Assembly: GCA_039589315.1 (NCBI GenBank)
Contig: JBDHHQ010000084.1
Span: 1 to 18,084 of the forward strand
Length of the DNA: 18,084 nucleotides
Direction of reading: 5' to 3'
Source of the DNA: Gemmatimonadota bacterium
GTDB lineage: Bacteria > Gemmatimonadota > Gemmatimonadetes > Longimicrobiales > Gaopeijiaceae
Below the pieces are notes generated by a model. It was not told the origin of the DNA and ran no database searches. It saw only the letters and a list, made by a program, of their open reading frames with translations. This document shows positions 8,785 to 16,557 of this stretch, piece by piece. The translations under genes were made by a program, and so were the position numbers. Every line of letters begins with the position of its first letter. The stretch's first letter is position 1.

Positions 8785-10230
8785 GTGGGCGATCCCGGAT
8801 CCCCAGCGCGCGCCGACGGCGCCTTCCTCCAGGAGTACGGACGGAAGGTGCTGACCGGGTTCTACGCGGCCCTGCGGGCGCTGAAGTTCTACCCGGTCGA
8901 GAACACGACCGTGCAGCAGGCCATCGACGAGCTCCACGGCATCATCACCGAGCTGGTCGAGATCGAAGGAGGCGTCGAGCTCAAGGTGGTCGGGGACTTC
9001 TTCTTCCTGAACGAGACGCGCCTTCGGCTGGATCTCACCAACTACTCCACGTTCGGCAGCTTCAGCCGGGCCCTGGGCGAGCACGAGATCGGTGCCGTTC
9101 AGGTCCTGGAGGGGATGGGGCGGGAGGAGTGGGCGCCGTTCCTGTCGGTATTGCTCCGGAACGCCGAAGGCGATCGGCCCTTCGAGAGCTTCCTGGCCCG
9201 ATTGGATGGGAGCCCGGCACACCACGTGGTCCTCGAAAAGGCCAAGGAGACCCTGCAGACGGACCTCGAGGCCGAGGAGTCGCTCGCCGCTGCCAAACGG
9301 ACCTACACCCAGTCGGTGAAGGTCGCCAACGGTGTCCTCACCGACGTTCGCATGGGCCGGGCCGTGAACGTCCGCAAGGTCAAACGGGCCGTTCAAGGCA
9401 TCGTGGACCAGGTGCTGTCCAACGAGCCGTCGCTGGTAGCCATGACCACCCTCCGCGACTTCGACGAGTACACGTTCACCCACTCGGTCAACGTGTGCAT
9501 CTTCAGCGTGGTCATCGGACAGCGCCTGGGGCTGACGCGCCTCCAGCTCTACGAGCTCGGGTTGGGGGCCCTGTTCCACGACGTCGGGAAGATGAAGATG
9601 GACCCCGAGCTCATCACCAAAACCGGGGCCCTCGACGACGAGGAATGGGCACAGATGAGGGAGCACCCCACGGAGGGCCTGCTCCTGCTCTTCAAGCTGC
9701 ACGGCTTCGCGGACGTGCCGTACCGCCAGATGCTGACGGCCTACGAGCACCACATGAAGGTGGACGCCTCCGGTTATCCGGCGAACAAGCGGGCGCGCCT
9801 GCCCAGCCTGTTTTCCAGGATCGTGGCCGTGGCGGACTCCTTCGACGCCGCCACGTCCGTCCGCAGCTATCAGTACGAGCCGTGGCCGCCCGACGAGGTC
9901 CTCAAGGAGATGCGAGACAACCCGAGCCGCGGAATGGACCCGCTCCTGGTCAAGGCCCTGATCAACGCCACGGGCGTCTATCCAGTGGGCACGCTGGTCA
10001 TCCTCGACACGCTGGAGTTGGCGGTCGTGGTGCAGTCGAACCCGAACCTGGACATGCTGCATCAGCCCGTCGTGAAGGTCATTTCCGATGCCGTGGGGGT
10101 CCCCCTCGCTGAGCCGCGCACGCTGGACCTGTCCGAATCGGATCCCGTGACCGGTGACCCGTTGCGCGCGATCATCAAAACCACGGACGCCAACAAGTAC
10201 GGGGTGCGCGTGGCGGACTACCTCGTCTGA
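8785..10230 (+). CDS. HD-GYP-type metal-dependent phosphohydrolase (putative cyclic dinucleotide phosphodiesterase)
   Basis: DEYTFTHSVNV, FHDVGK, REHPTEG, EHHMKVDASGYP, RIVAVADSFDA, RSYQ, and a C-terminal GVYPVGTLVIL extension. Starts 3 nt after the HEAT gene stop. Confidence 0.88.
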   Translation: MGDPGSPARADGAFLQEYGRKVLTGFYAALRALKFYPVENTTVQQAIDELHGIITELVEIEGGVELKVVGDFFFLNETRLRLDLTNYSTFGSFSRALGEHEIGAVQVLEGMGREEWAPFLSVLLRNAEGDRPFESFLARLDGSPAHHVVLEKAKETLQTDLEAEESLAAAKRTYTQSVKVANGVLTDVRMGRAVNVRKVKRAVQGIVDQVLSNEPSLVAMTTLRDFDEYTFTHSVNVCIFSVVIGQRLGLTRLQLYELGLGALFHDVGKMKMDPELITKTGALDDEEWAQMREHPTEGLLLLFKLHGFADVPYRQMLTAYEHHMKVDASGYPANKRARLPSLFSRIVAVADSFDAATSVRSYQYEPWPPDEVLKEMRDNPSRGMDPLLVKALINATGVYPVGTLVILDTLELAVVVQSNPNLDMLHQPVVKVISDAVGVPLAEPRTLDLSESDPVTGDPLRAIIKTTDANKYGVRVADYLV

Positions 10231-10252
10231 GCACCGCCCCGGCCCGACCACC

Positions 10253-11071
10253 ATGAGCGCCCAGGAAATCCGCCTCGCCCGGGCCTTCGCCTCGAGGACC
10301 GAAGCCGGGCGGGCAGCCCTGGTGCCGTATGTCACCGCCGGCTATCCGGACGCGACGTCGACGGCGAGACTCCTCCTGGGCCTCGCCGACGCGGGTGCCG
10401 ACGTCATCGAATTGGGCATCCCCTTCAGCGATCCCGTAGCAGACGGACCGACCATACAGGCCTCGTCATTCGCGGCGCTGTCGGCCGGGATGACCCTCGT
10501 GCGCGCGCTCTCGCTCCTCCGGGAGTTCCGCGCCCAGCGGGAAACACCCGCGGTGGTCTTCTCCTATCTGAACCCGGTTCTGCGCTACGGCCTGGAGTCG
10601 TTCCTGGCCGAGGCCGTGGACGCGGGAGCCGACGGGCTGCTCCTCACCGACCTGCCCACCGGGGCCGACCCCGCTCTCGAGGCCGAGATCGATGCGTCGG
10701 GCCTGGCGCTGATCCGGCTGATCGCGCCCACGACCCCTGGCGAACGGCTCCGGGAGATCGTGCGGGGCGCCCGCGGGTTCCTCTACTACATCTCGCGAAC
10801 CGGTGTGACGGGGGCACGGAAGGACCTCCGCGACGAACTGGCCCATGAGGTGACGGCCATCCGTGAGCTGGCCTCTCTCCCCATCGCCGTGGGTTTCGGG
10901 ATCTCGACGCCCGAACAGGCGGCACGCGTCGGGGCCGTGGCCGATGGGGTGGTCGTGGGGAGCGCCCTGGTCCGCGCTCTGGAGGCCGGGGGCGTCGACG
11001 GTGCCGTCGCCTTCTGCCGGTCGTTACGGGAGGGAATGGACGGTGCGGGCGAAGGGGCGTCAGCACCCTGA
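10253..11071 (+). CDS. trpA: Tryptophan synthase alpha subunit
   Basis: PYVTAGYP, IELGIPFSDPVADGPTIQ, SYLNP, LIAPTT, YYISRTGVTG, VGFGIST, DGVVVGSA. ATG 10253. Confidence 0.96.
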   Translation: MSAQEIRLARAFASRTEAGRAALVPYVTAGYPDATSTARLLLGLADAGADVIELGIPFSDPVADGPTIQASSFAALSAGMTLVRALSLLREFRAQRETPAVVFSYLNPVLRYGLESFLAEAVDAGADGLLLTDLPTGADPALEAEIDASGLALIRLIAPTTPGERLREIVRGARGFLYYISRTGVTGARKDLRDELAHEVTAIRELASLPIAVGFGISTPEQAARVGAVADGVVVGSALVRALEAGGVDGAVAFCRSLREGMDGAGEGASAP

Positions 11072-11106
11072 GGTCCCGGAGTCTCGACTCCACCCTGGTG
11101 CCATGC

Positions 11107-11187
11107 GGCGTTGGGCTCCTGGCTTCCCGACTCCCGGCTCGGAGAGCGGCGAGGATCCACCCGCTGGAGGCTCTGAGGCCGGAGTAG
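11107..11187 (+). pseudogene. Orphan C-terminal fragment of a MacB/FtsX-like ABC transporter permease
   Basis: Frame reads GVGLLASRLPARRAARIHPLEALRPE*, matching the characteristic permease C-terminus (PAxRAxxxxPxxALRxE*). There is no room for the rest of the gene after trpA. Confidence 0.65.
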
Positions 11188-11232
11188 ACCGTGGTACCGC
11201 CGGTGCTGCAGGGCGTGTGCCTCAGCTTGGCG

Positions 11233-12903
11233 TCACCGGTCCACCGGTCCCGCGGCCAACCGCGCCTCCAATTCCGGGTCCGGCGTCACGAAGAGCGTCT
11301 TCACGCGATCCAGGGTGACCGCACCCCGCGGTGCCTTGCGTGGCTTGCGGACGTACTTGCGCCGGGTCCAGTCCACCGGGACGGTCCCGGACGTTCGAGC
11401 CCTGGAGGCCAGGGCCGCCAGCACCGCGGCTTCCTCCAGGTCACGGGCCGGGGGGCTCTCCGGCGCCGACCACCGGAGGATCACGTGGGCGCCCGCCGCG
11501 TGCCGGGCGTGGAGCCACACGTCGTTGGGGGCCGAGTGGTGGAACGTCAGATCGTCGTTCCAGCGTGCGCCGCGGCCGACCCGGATCTCCAGTCCCCCGG
11601 AGCTCCTGTACGCGCGGTAGGGCAGCGCGGGTCCGGCGTCCCGGCCCTTCTCCGCGGTAGACCGTGCGGGGACAGCGGCTAGGATCTCCTCCTCCGATGC
11701 CTCGCCGCTCCGGATCCGGAGTAGGAGCTGGTCCAGCCGCTCGACGTCGGCGACGGCCTCGTCGAGCAGAGCGGGAATCCGCTCCGCCGCACGCTTGGCC
11801 CTGGACGCCTTCCGGTAGTAGGCCTGGGCGTTGTCGGTCGCGCTCAGGGCAGGGTCGAGCTCCACGGTCACGGGCTCGTTGTCGAAGTCGATGAGCACCG
11901 CCGTCGACACGCCCGCCGGGACCTCTGCGAGGCGCGCCAGCAGCAGGTCGCCGATCTGCCGTGCGGCGGTTCCGTCACGGGCCCGCTCGCGCTGCCGCTC
12001 CAGCTCGGCCACCCGCCTCCGTGCCCGCCGGGCTGCGGCCTCCACGGTGTCGAGGAGGTCGGAGGGCACGGCGGCCGCCTGCGCTCCGCGAGCCGTGTCG
12101 ATCGCTTCGGCTGCCTGCCCGAACGCGTCCAGCAGCGTCTCGCAGCGGCGCCCGCCCAGCTGAGGCAACGGGCTAGGGTAGGGTTGCAGCCCAAGCGGGG
12201 TGTCGAGCAGCCAGGCGTCCCGCGGCTCGCCGTCGCGGAGTCTCCGCCACGCCTCGTATCCCCGTTCGAGATGAGCGCCCGCGTCGGCAGCGCTCCCGCC
12301 GGATGGCGGGAGCAGGGCCGGTGCGTTCAGCCGGGACGCATACGCCATGTGGTGCAGCAGGACCCGCCGCTCCTCACCGGCCGGGGCGCTGCCGAGTATC
12401 TCCTGCCACCGGGCCAGGGAGATGGGCTCCTGGGCGCCCTCACGCTCCGAAGCGGCGGGCGGCACGTACCGGGCTCCCGAACGGAGGGAGCGGCCTCCCG
12501 CCTCCCGGCTCCAGAGGGCGTGGCGAATGACGCCCGTCTCGTCTTCGAGGACGAGGGCGTTCCACTGGTTGGTCATGAGCTCCACCACGACGCTGAGTCG
12601 CGCCGGTCGTCCACGGACGCGATGGAACCGGAGGCGCAGCGCACGGTCGTCGGGGCGCGCGGAGACGGAGCGCAGGCGTGCCGGGAGCGGACGGGCGTCG
12701 GCCACCGGCTCCCACGGCTCCTGGAGGCTCACGTCGCCCCGCTCCGGGTGGAGACGGAAGACCAGCGTGGCTTCGCGAAAGTAGAGCAGCGCCGTTCGGG
12801 CGGCGTGGTCGAAGTACAGGGCGCGGAGGCGGGAACCGACGAGCCGGTCCTCCAGCTCCGCGGCCACTGCACGCACCAGAACGGAATCCCAGCGGATGGA
12901 CAT
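11233..12903 (-). CDS. rqcH: NFACT-family protein, RqcH/FbpA-like ribosome quality control factor
   Basis: N-terminal WDSVLVRAVAAEL, DDR and VELMTNQWN motifs; central coiled coil with LDPALSATDNAQAYY; C-terminal NFACT-R/DUF814 region IRVGRGARWNDDLT, WLHARHAAGAHVI, VPVDWT, YVRKP. Confidence 0.85.
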   Translation of the reverse strand: MSIRWDSVLVRAVAAELEDRLVGSRLRALYFDHAARTALLYFREATLVFRLHPERGDVSLQEPWEPVADARPLPARLRSVSARPDDRALRLRFHRVRGRPARLSVVVELMTNQWNALVLEDETGVIRHALWSREAGGRSLRSGARYVPPAASEREGAQEPISLARWQEILGSAPAGEERRVLLHHMAYASRLNAPALLPPSGGSAADAGAHLERGYEAWRRLRDGEPRDAWLLDTPLGLQPYPSPLPQLGGRRCETLLDAFGQAAEAIDTARGAQAAAVPSDLLDTVEAAARRARRRVAELERQRERARDGTAARQIGDLLLARLAEVPAGVSTAVLIDFDNEPVTVELDPALSATDNAQAYYRKASRAKRAAERIPALLDEAVADVERLDQLLLRIRSGEASEEEILAAVPARSTAEKGRDAGPALPYRAYRSSGGLEIRVGRGARWNDDLTFHHSAPNDVWLHARHAAGAHVILRWSAPESPPARDLEEAAVLAALASRARTSGTVPVDWTRRKYVRKPRKAPRGAVTLDRVKTLFVTPDPELEARLAAGPVDR

Positions 12904-12909
12904 GTCGGC

Positions 12910-12971
12910 AAGCTAGCGGCGGCCGGGCTTCCGGCGCACCCGCTCCCGAAACCCCGTGCCCCCATTATATT
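12910..12971. promoter_or_regulatory. Divergent -10 elements for apparently leaderless rqcH and panB transcripts
   Basis: Minus strand: TAGCTT (12915-12910), 6 nt, ATG. Plus strand: TATATT (12966-12971), 7 nt, GTG. Neither gene has a Shine-Dalgarno sequence. Confidence 0.55.
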
Positions 12972-12978
12972 CAGCGCC

Positions 12979-13815
12979 GTGTCCACGCCATCCGAACCGC
13001 CCCGCAAGAGAGCCAATGTCCGACGCTTCAGGGAGATGAAGCGTGACGGCGAGAAGATCGTGGCCCTCACCGCCTACGACGTGCTCTTCGCGCGCCTCCT
13101 GGACGAGGCCGGTGTCGACCTCATTCTGGTCGGCGATTCCCTCGGGCAGGTCGTCCTCGGCTACGAGTCCACGGTTCCTGTGACCATGGACGAGATGATC
13201 CACCACGCGAAGGCAGTACGGCGGGGAGCGCCGGGGACATTCGTCGTCGTGGACCTGCCGTTCATGACGTACCAGGTGTCCCCCCGGCAGGCCCTCAGGA
13301 ACGCAGGCCGGGCGTTGAAAGAAGCCGGAGTGGAGGCCGTGAAGCTGGAGGGCGGGGGGCCGGAGGCGTGCAAGAGCGTCGCTGCGCTCGTCGCCGCGGG
13401 GATCCCGGTCATGGGCCACCTGGGGCTCACGCCTCAGTCCGTGCACGCCATCGGCGGATACCGGGTCCAGGGACGCGACCCGGGTGAGGCCCAGCGGCTG
13501 CTCGACGAGGCGACGGCCCTCCAGGACGCCGGCTGCTTCGCCCTCGTCCTCGAGCTCATACCAGCCGAGCTCGCCCGGGAGGTCACCGGCTCGTTGGACA
13601 TTCCTACCATCGGTATCGGCGCCGGGGCCGGTTGTGACGGCCAGGTGCTGGTCACATACGACGCCCTGGGCCTCACTCCGGGCTTCCAGCCTCGCTTTCT
13701 CAAGCGGTTCGCCGAGTTGGGCGACCAGGCTCGCACCGGCATTACAGCGTACGCGCGCGAGGTGCGCGGGGGCACGTACCCGGGGCCGGACCAATCCTTC
13801 GGCTCCGACGCATGA
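12979..13815 (+). CDS. panB: 3-methyl-2-oxobutanoate hydroxymethyltransferase
   Basis: LTAYD, ILVGDSLG, DLPFMTY, VKLEGG, MGHLGLTPQS, IPTIGIGAG, DGQVLV. Start GTG 12979 is inferred. Confidence 0.95.
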   Translation: MSTPSEPPRKRANVRRFREMKRDGEKIVALTAYDVLFARLLDEAGVDLILVGDSLGQVVLGYESTVPVTMDEMIHHAKAVRRGAPGTFVVVDLPFMTYQVSPRQALRNAGRALKEAGVEAVKLEGGGPEACKSVAALVAAGIPVMGHLGLTPQSVHAIGGYRVQGRDPGEAQRLLDEATALQDAGCFALVLELIPAELAREVTGSLDIPTIGIGAGAGCDGQVLVTYDALGLTPGFQPRFLKRFAELGDQARTGITAYAREVRGGTYPGPDQSFGSDA

Positions 13816-14657
13816 GGCAGGTCGCGTCCGTCTCCGACCTACCGAAAGCGGTGGCGGACATCCGGCGACAGGGCCGTACGCTGGCGCTGGTCCCCACGAT
13901 GGGATTCCTTCATGCCGGGCACCTCAGCCTCGTCGACCTCGCCCGCCGTCACGCCGATGTCGCGGCGCTTTCGATCTTCGTCAATCCGACGCAGTTCGGG
14001 CCCGGCGAGGATTTCACCGACTACCCTCGAGACCTCGAGCGCGATCTGAGGCTGGCCCAGGCCCGGGGTGTCGAGCTGGCGTTCTCGCCCGACGTCCAAT
14101 CCATGTATCCGGACGGTACACCCCAGGTGACGGTACAGGCGGGGGCCATGGCTGAGCGATTGTGCGGCGCCTTCCGGCCGGGTCACTTCGATGGCGTCCT
14201 GACGGTCGTGGCCAAGCTCTTCGGGCTCTTCAGGCCCGACGTCGCCGTCTTCGGTCGCAAAGACTTCCAGCAGGCCGTGCTGATCCGCCGCATGGCGTAC
14301 GACCTCGACATGGGCGTGCGTGTGGAGCTGGGGCCCATCGCCCGGGAGGCCGACGGACTGGCAATGAGCTCGCGAAACAGCTATCTGGACGCCGAGCAGC
14401 GGGGGGAGGCGCCCCGGCTCTACGATGCCCTCCAGGAAGCGAAGCGCATGTTCAAGGACGGAGAGACGGACGCCCCGGCCCTACTCGGTGCCGTGCAAGC
14501 GTCCGTCTCGCGCTCCCCGCTGCTGACGCTCCAGTACGCCGAAATCGTCGATCCGGAAACCCTCGGGCCCCTCGACTCCGTAGGGTCGGGTGCGGTCCTG
14601 GCTCTCGCGGCCTTCTGCGGCGAGACCCGTCTCATCGACAACGTGGAGCTCGCTTGA
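13812..14657 (+). CDS. panC: Pantoate--beta-alanine ligase
   Basis: VPTMGFLHAGHLSL, SIFVNPTQF, RPGHFDGV, FGRKDFQQ, DGLAMSSRN, TRLIDN. ATGA overlap with panB. Confidence 0.96.
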   Translation: MRQVASVSDLPKAVADIRRQGRTLALVPTMGFLHAGHLSLVDLARRHADVAALSIFVNPTQFGPGEDFTDYPRDLERDLRLAQARGVELAFSPDVQSMYPDGTPQVTVQAGAMAERLCGAFRPGHFDGVLTVVAKLFGLFRPDVAVFGRKDFQQAVLIRRMAYDLDMGVRVELGPIAREADGLAMSSRNSYLDAEQRGEAPRLYDALQEAKRMFKDGETDAPALLGAVQASVSRSPLLTLQYAEIVDPETLGPLDSVGSGAVLALAAFCGETRLIDNVELA

Positions 14658-15262
14658 TGGGAAGCCTCCACCCCGTCGTCCGGGAGGCCGCCGCGGGGCA
14701 ACTGCCGGCCTGGGCCGAGGTCGACGAGGCCCGGCGCGCCCACATTGATCGGGTGGCGTCCCTGCTGCGGGAGTGGGCCGTCGTCCGCGGCGAATCACCC
14801 CAAGACGTCGCCCGGTGGACGGCGGCCGGGTATCTCCACGACGCTCTGCGGGGCGCTCAGAACGAGGAGCTACGGCAACTCGTTCCCGAGGCGATGGCCG
14901 AGCTGCCGGGGAACATCCTGCACGGACCTGCGGCGGCCGAACGGCTCAGGCTGGACGGGGTGGGTGACGAGGAGCTCCTCCGGGCCGTGGAGTACCATAC
15001 CCTGGGGCATGCGGGATTCGGCGATCTGGGACTGGCCCTCTACGCGGCGGACTTCCTGGAGCCGGGGCGTCGGTTCCGGAACGAGTGGCGCGCCGAGCTG
15101 AGGACCAGGATGCCCGGGGAGCTCGAGGAAGTGGTGCGGGAGATTCTGGCCGCCCGCATCCGGCATCTTCTGGACCGAGACCGGCCGGTGCGGCCGGAGA
15201 CGATGGAGTTCTGGAACACGATGACGTCTGGGCAGGCATGGGCAAGCGCTTCGGAGCTCTAG
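14657..15262 (+). CDS. yqeK: HD-domain hydrolase, YqeK-like (putative symmetrical Ap4A hydrolase)
   Basis: RRAHIDRVA, AGYLHDA, LHGPAAA, AVEYHTLG, LYAADFLEPGR match the YqeK motif series. TGATG overlap with panC. Confidence 0.75.
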   Translation: MGSLHPVVREAAAGQLPAWAEVDEARRAHIDRVASLLREWAVVRGESPQDVARWTAAGYLHDALRGAQNEELRQLVPEAMAELPGNILHGPAAAERLRLDGVGDEELLRAVEYHTLGHAGFGDLGLALYAADFLEPGRRFRNEWRAELRTRMPGELEEVVREILAARIRHLLDRDRPVRPETMEFWNTMTSGQAWASASEL

Positions 15263-15750
15263 CGACGTTTCTGGTCATCCTGGCAGTGGGTGCGCTCCTG
15301 GGCTCCGGTCTGGCTCAGTGGTTCTCCCCGTCGCCGAGCGCGGGATTCGTGTCGGACGCGGACTCGTTGGGGCGGGTCCGGGTGGAGGTCCGGAATGCCG
15401 GTGGACGCGGCGGCATGGCCCGAGCCGCTACGGACCGGCTGAGGGACCTGGGGTTCGACGTGGTGTACTTCGGGAACGCGGATCGGTTCGACCAGGATTC
15501 GACCGTGGTGGTCGATAGGGTGGGAGACGTAGAGAAGGCGAGAGCCGTTGCCGAAGCTCTGGGCGCGCACCGCGTCGTGAGCGAGCCCGACTCGAATCTC
15601 TACCTCGACGTCACGGTCCTTCTGGGCTCGACCTGGGAGGCGCCCGTCGCGGCGGACCCGGGGGCCGAGGACGGCCGTCCGTGGTGGGATGTGGGACATT
15701 GGTTCAATCGCCGCGAAGCCGAGGAACCGGCGAACCGAAACGAGGGCTGA
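15238..15750 (+). CDS. Membrane-anchored stand-alone LytR C-terminal domain protein
   Basis: N-terminal hydrophobic helix (FGALATFLVILAVGALLGSGLA), then VRVEVRNAGGRGGMA...LRDLGFDVVYFGNA...DVTVLLG, typical of LytR_C. Overlaps the upstream gene by 25 nt. Confidence 0.8.
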   Translation: MGKRFGALATFLVILAVGALLGSGLAQWFSPSPSAGFVSDADSLGRVRVEVRNAGGRGGMARAATDRLRDLGFDVVYFGNADRFDQDSTVVVDRVGDVEKARAVAEALGAHRVVSEPDSNLYLDVTVLLGSTWEAPVAADPGAEDGRPWWDVGHWFNRREAEEPANRNEG

Positions 15751-16517
15751 TGCCCAGACACAAGCGGTCGAAGAAGGCAAGCTCGGGACCCCGGACCCGC
15801 AAGGTGGCGGGGGAGAGCGATCAGCCCCGCCAGGAGTCTGCTGGAGGGGCACTGGAGTGGCTGAAGTCCCTGGGCGTAGCCCTGGTGCTCTTCCTGATCC
15901 TGCGCACCTTCTTGATCCAGACGTTCGTGATCACCTCGGGCTCCATGGAGGATTCGCTGCTGGTGGGCGACTTCCTCATGGTAAACCGGCTGGCCATGGG
16001 CAGCCGGATCCCGGGCACGGAGCTACGGATCCCCGGCTATTCGCGGCCCGGCCGGGGTGAGATCCTGGTCTTCGATCCGCCGCACGAGGACGATCTGATG
16101 CTGGTGAAGCGGCTCATCGGCATGCCGGGCGACACGCTGGAAATGCGCAACAAGGTCCTCTACCTGAACGGTGCGTCCCAGGAGGAGCCGTACGTCCGGC
16201 ACGTGGAGGACGGCGGAGACGACCGGCATCCCTGGATGGAGTGGCAGAAGGACCACCTCGTGGGTGACGTCGACCAGGAGTCATACCGGCCGACCCGGGA
16301 CAACTGGGGACCCATCGTGATCCCCGAGGACCGCTACTTCATGTTGGGGGACAACCGCGACCGGAGCCTCGACTCACGGTATTGGGGTCTGCTCGAGCGG
16401 TGGCGTCTGGAGGGGCGGGCCGTCTTCATCTACTTCAGCTACAACAAGGGGTCCTACCGCCCCTTCCCGTGGCTGAGAGAGGTCCGCTGGGGTCGCGTCG
16501 GCGACGTGATCCGGTGA
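15750..16517 (+). CDS. lepB: Signal peptidase I
   Basis: One transmembrane segment, ITSGSMEDSL (Ser), LVKRLIGMPGD (Lys), GDNRDRSLDSRYWG. TGATG overlap with the upstream gene. Confidence 0.95.
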   Translation: MPRHKRSKKASSGPRTRKVAGESDQPRQESAGGALEWLKSLGVALVLFLILRTFLIQTFVITSGSMEDSLLVGDFLMVNRLAMGSRIPGTELRIPGYSRPGRGEILVFDPPHEDDLMLVKRLIGMPGDTLEMRNKVLYLNGASQEEPYVRHVEDGGDDRHPWMEWQKDHLVGDVDQESYRPTRDNWGPIVIPEDRYFMLGDNRDRSLDSRYWGLLERWRLEGRAVFIYFSYNKGSYRPFPWLREVRWGRVGDVIR

Positions 16518-16557
16518 GCAGGCGGGCCGTCCGCCCCCGGCCTGACCGTTGACACCC

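Noticed and set aside
7780..10335. 851-aa minus-strand ORF
   Set aside because: Antisense shadow of the HEAT and HD-GYP genes with no recognisable motifs. Long shadow ORFs are expected in high-GC3 DNA.
12184..12978. N-terminal extension making PanB 543 aa
   Set aside because: Antisense to rqcH; a -10 element directly precedes GTG 12979.
16520..16545. Hairpin after lepB as an intrinsic terminator
   Set aside because: Short interrupted stem with no U-tract; not distinguishable from chance at this GC content.
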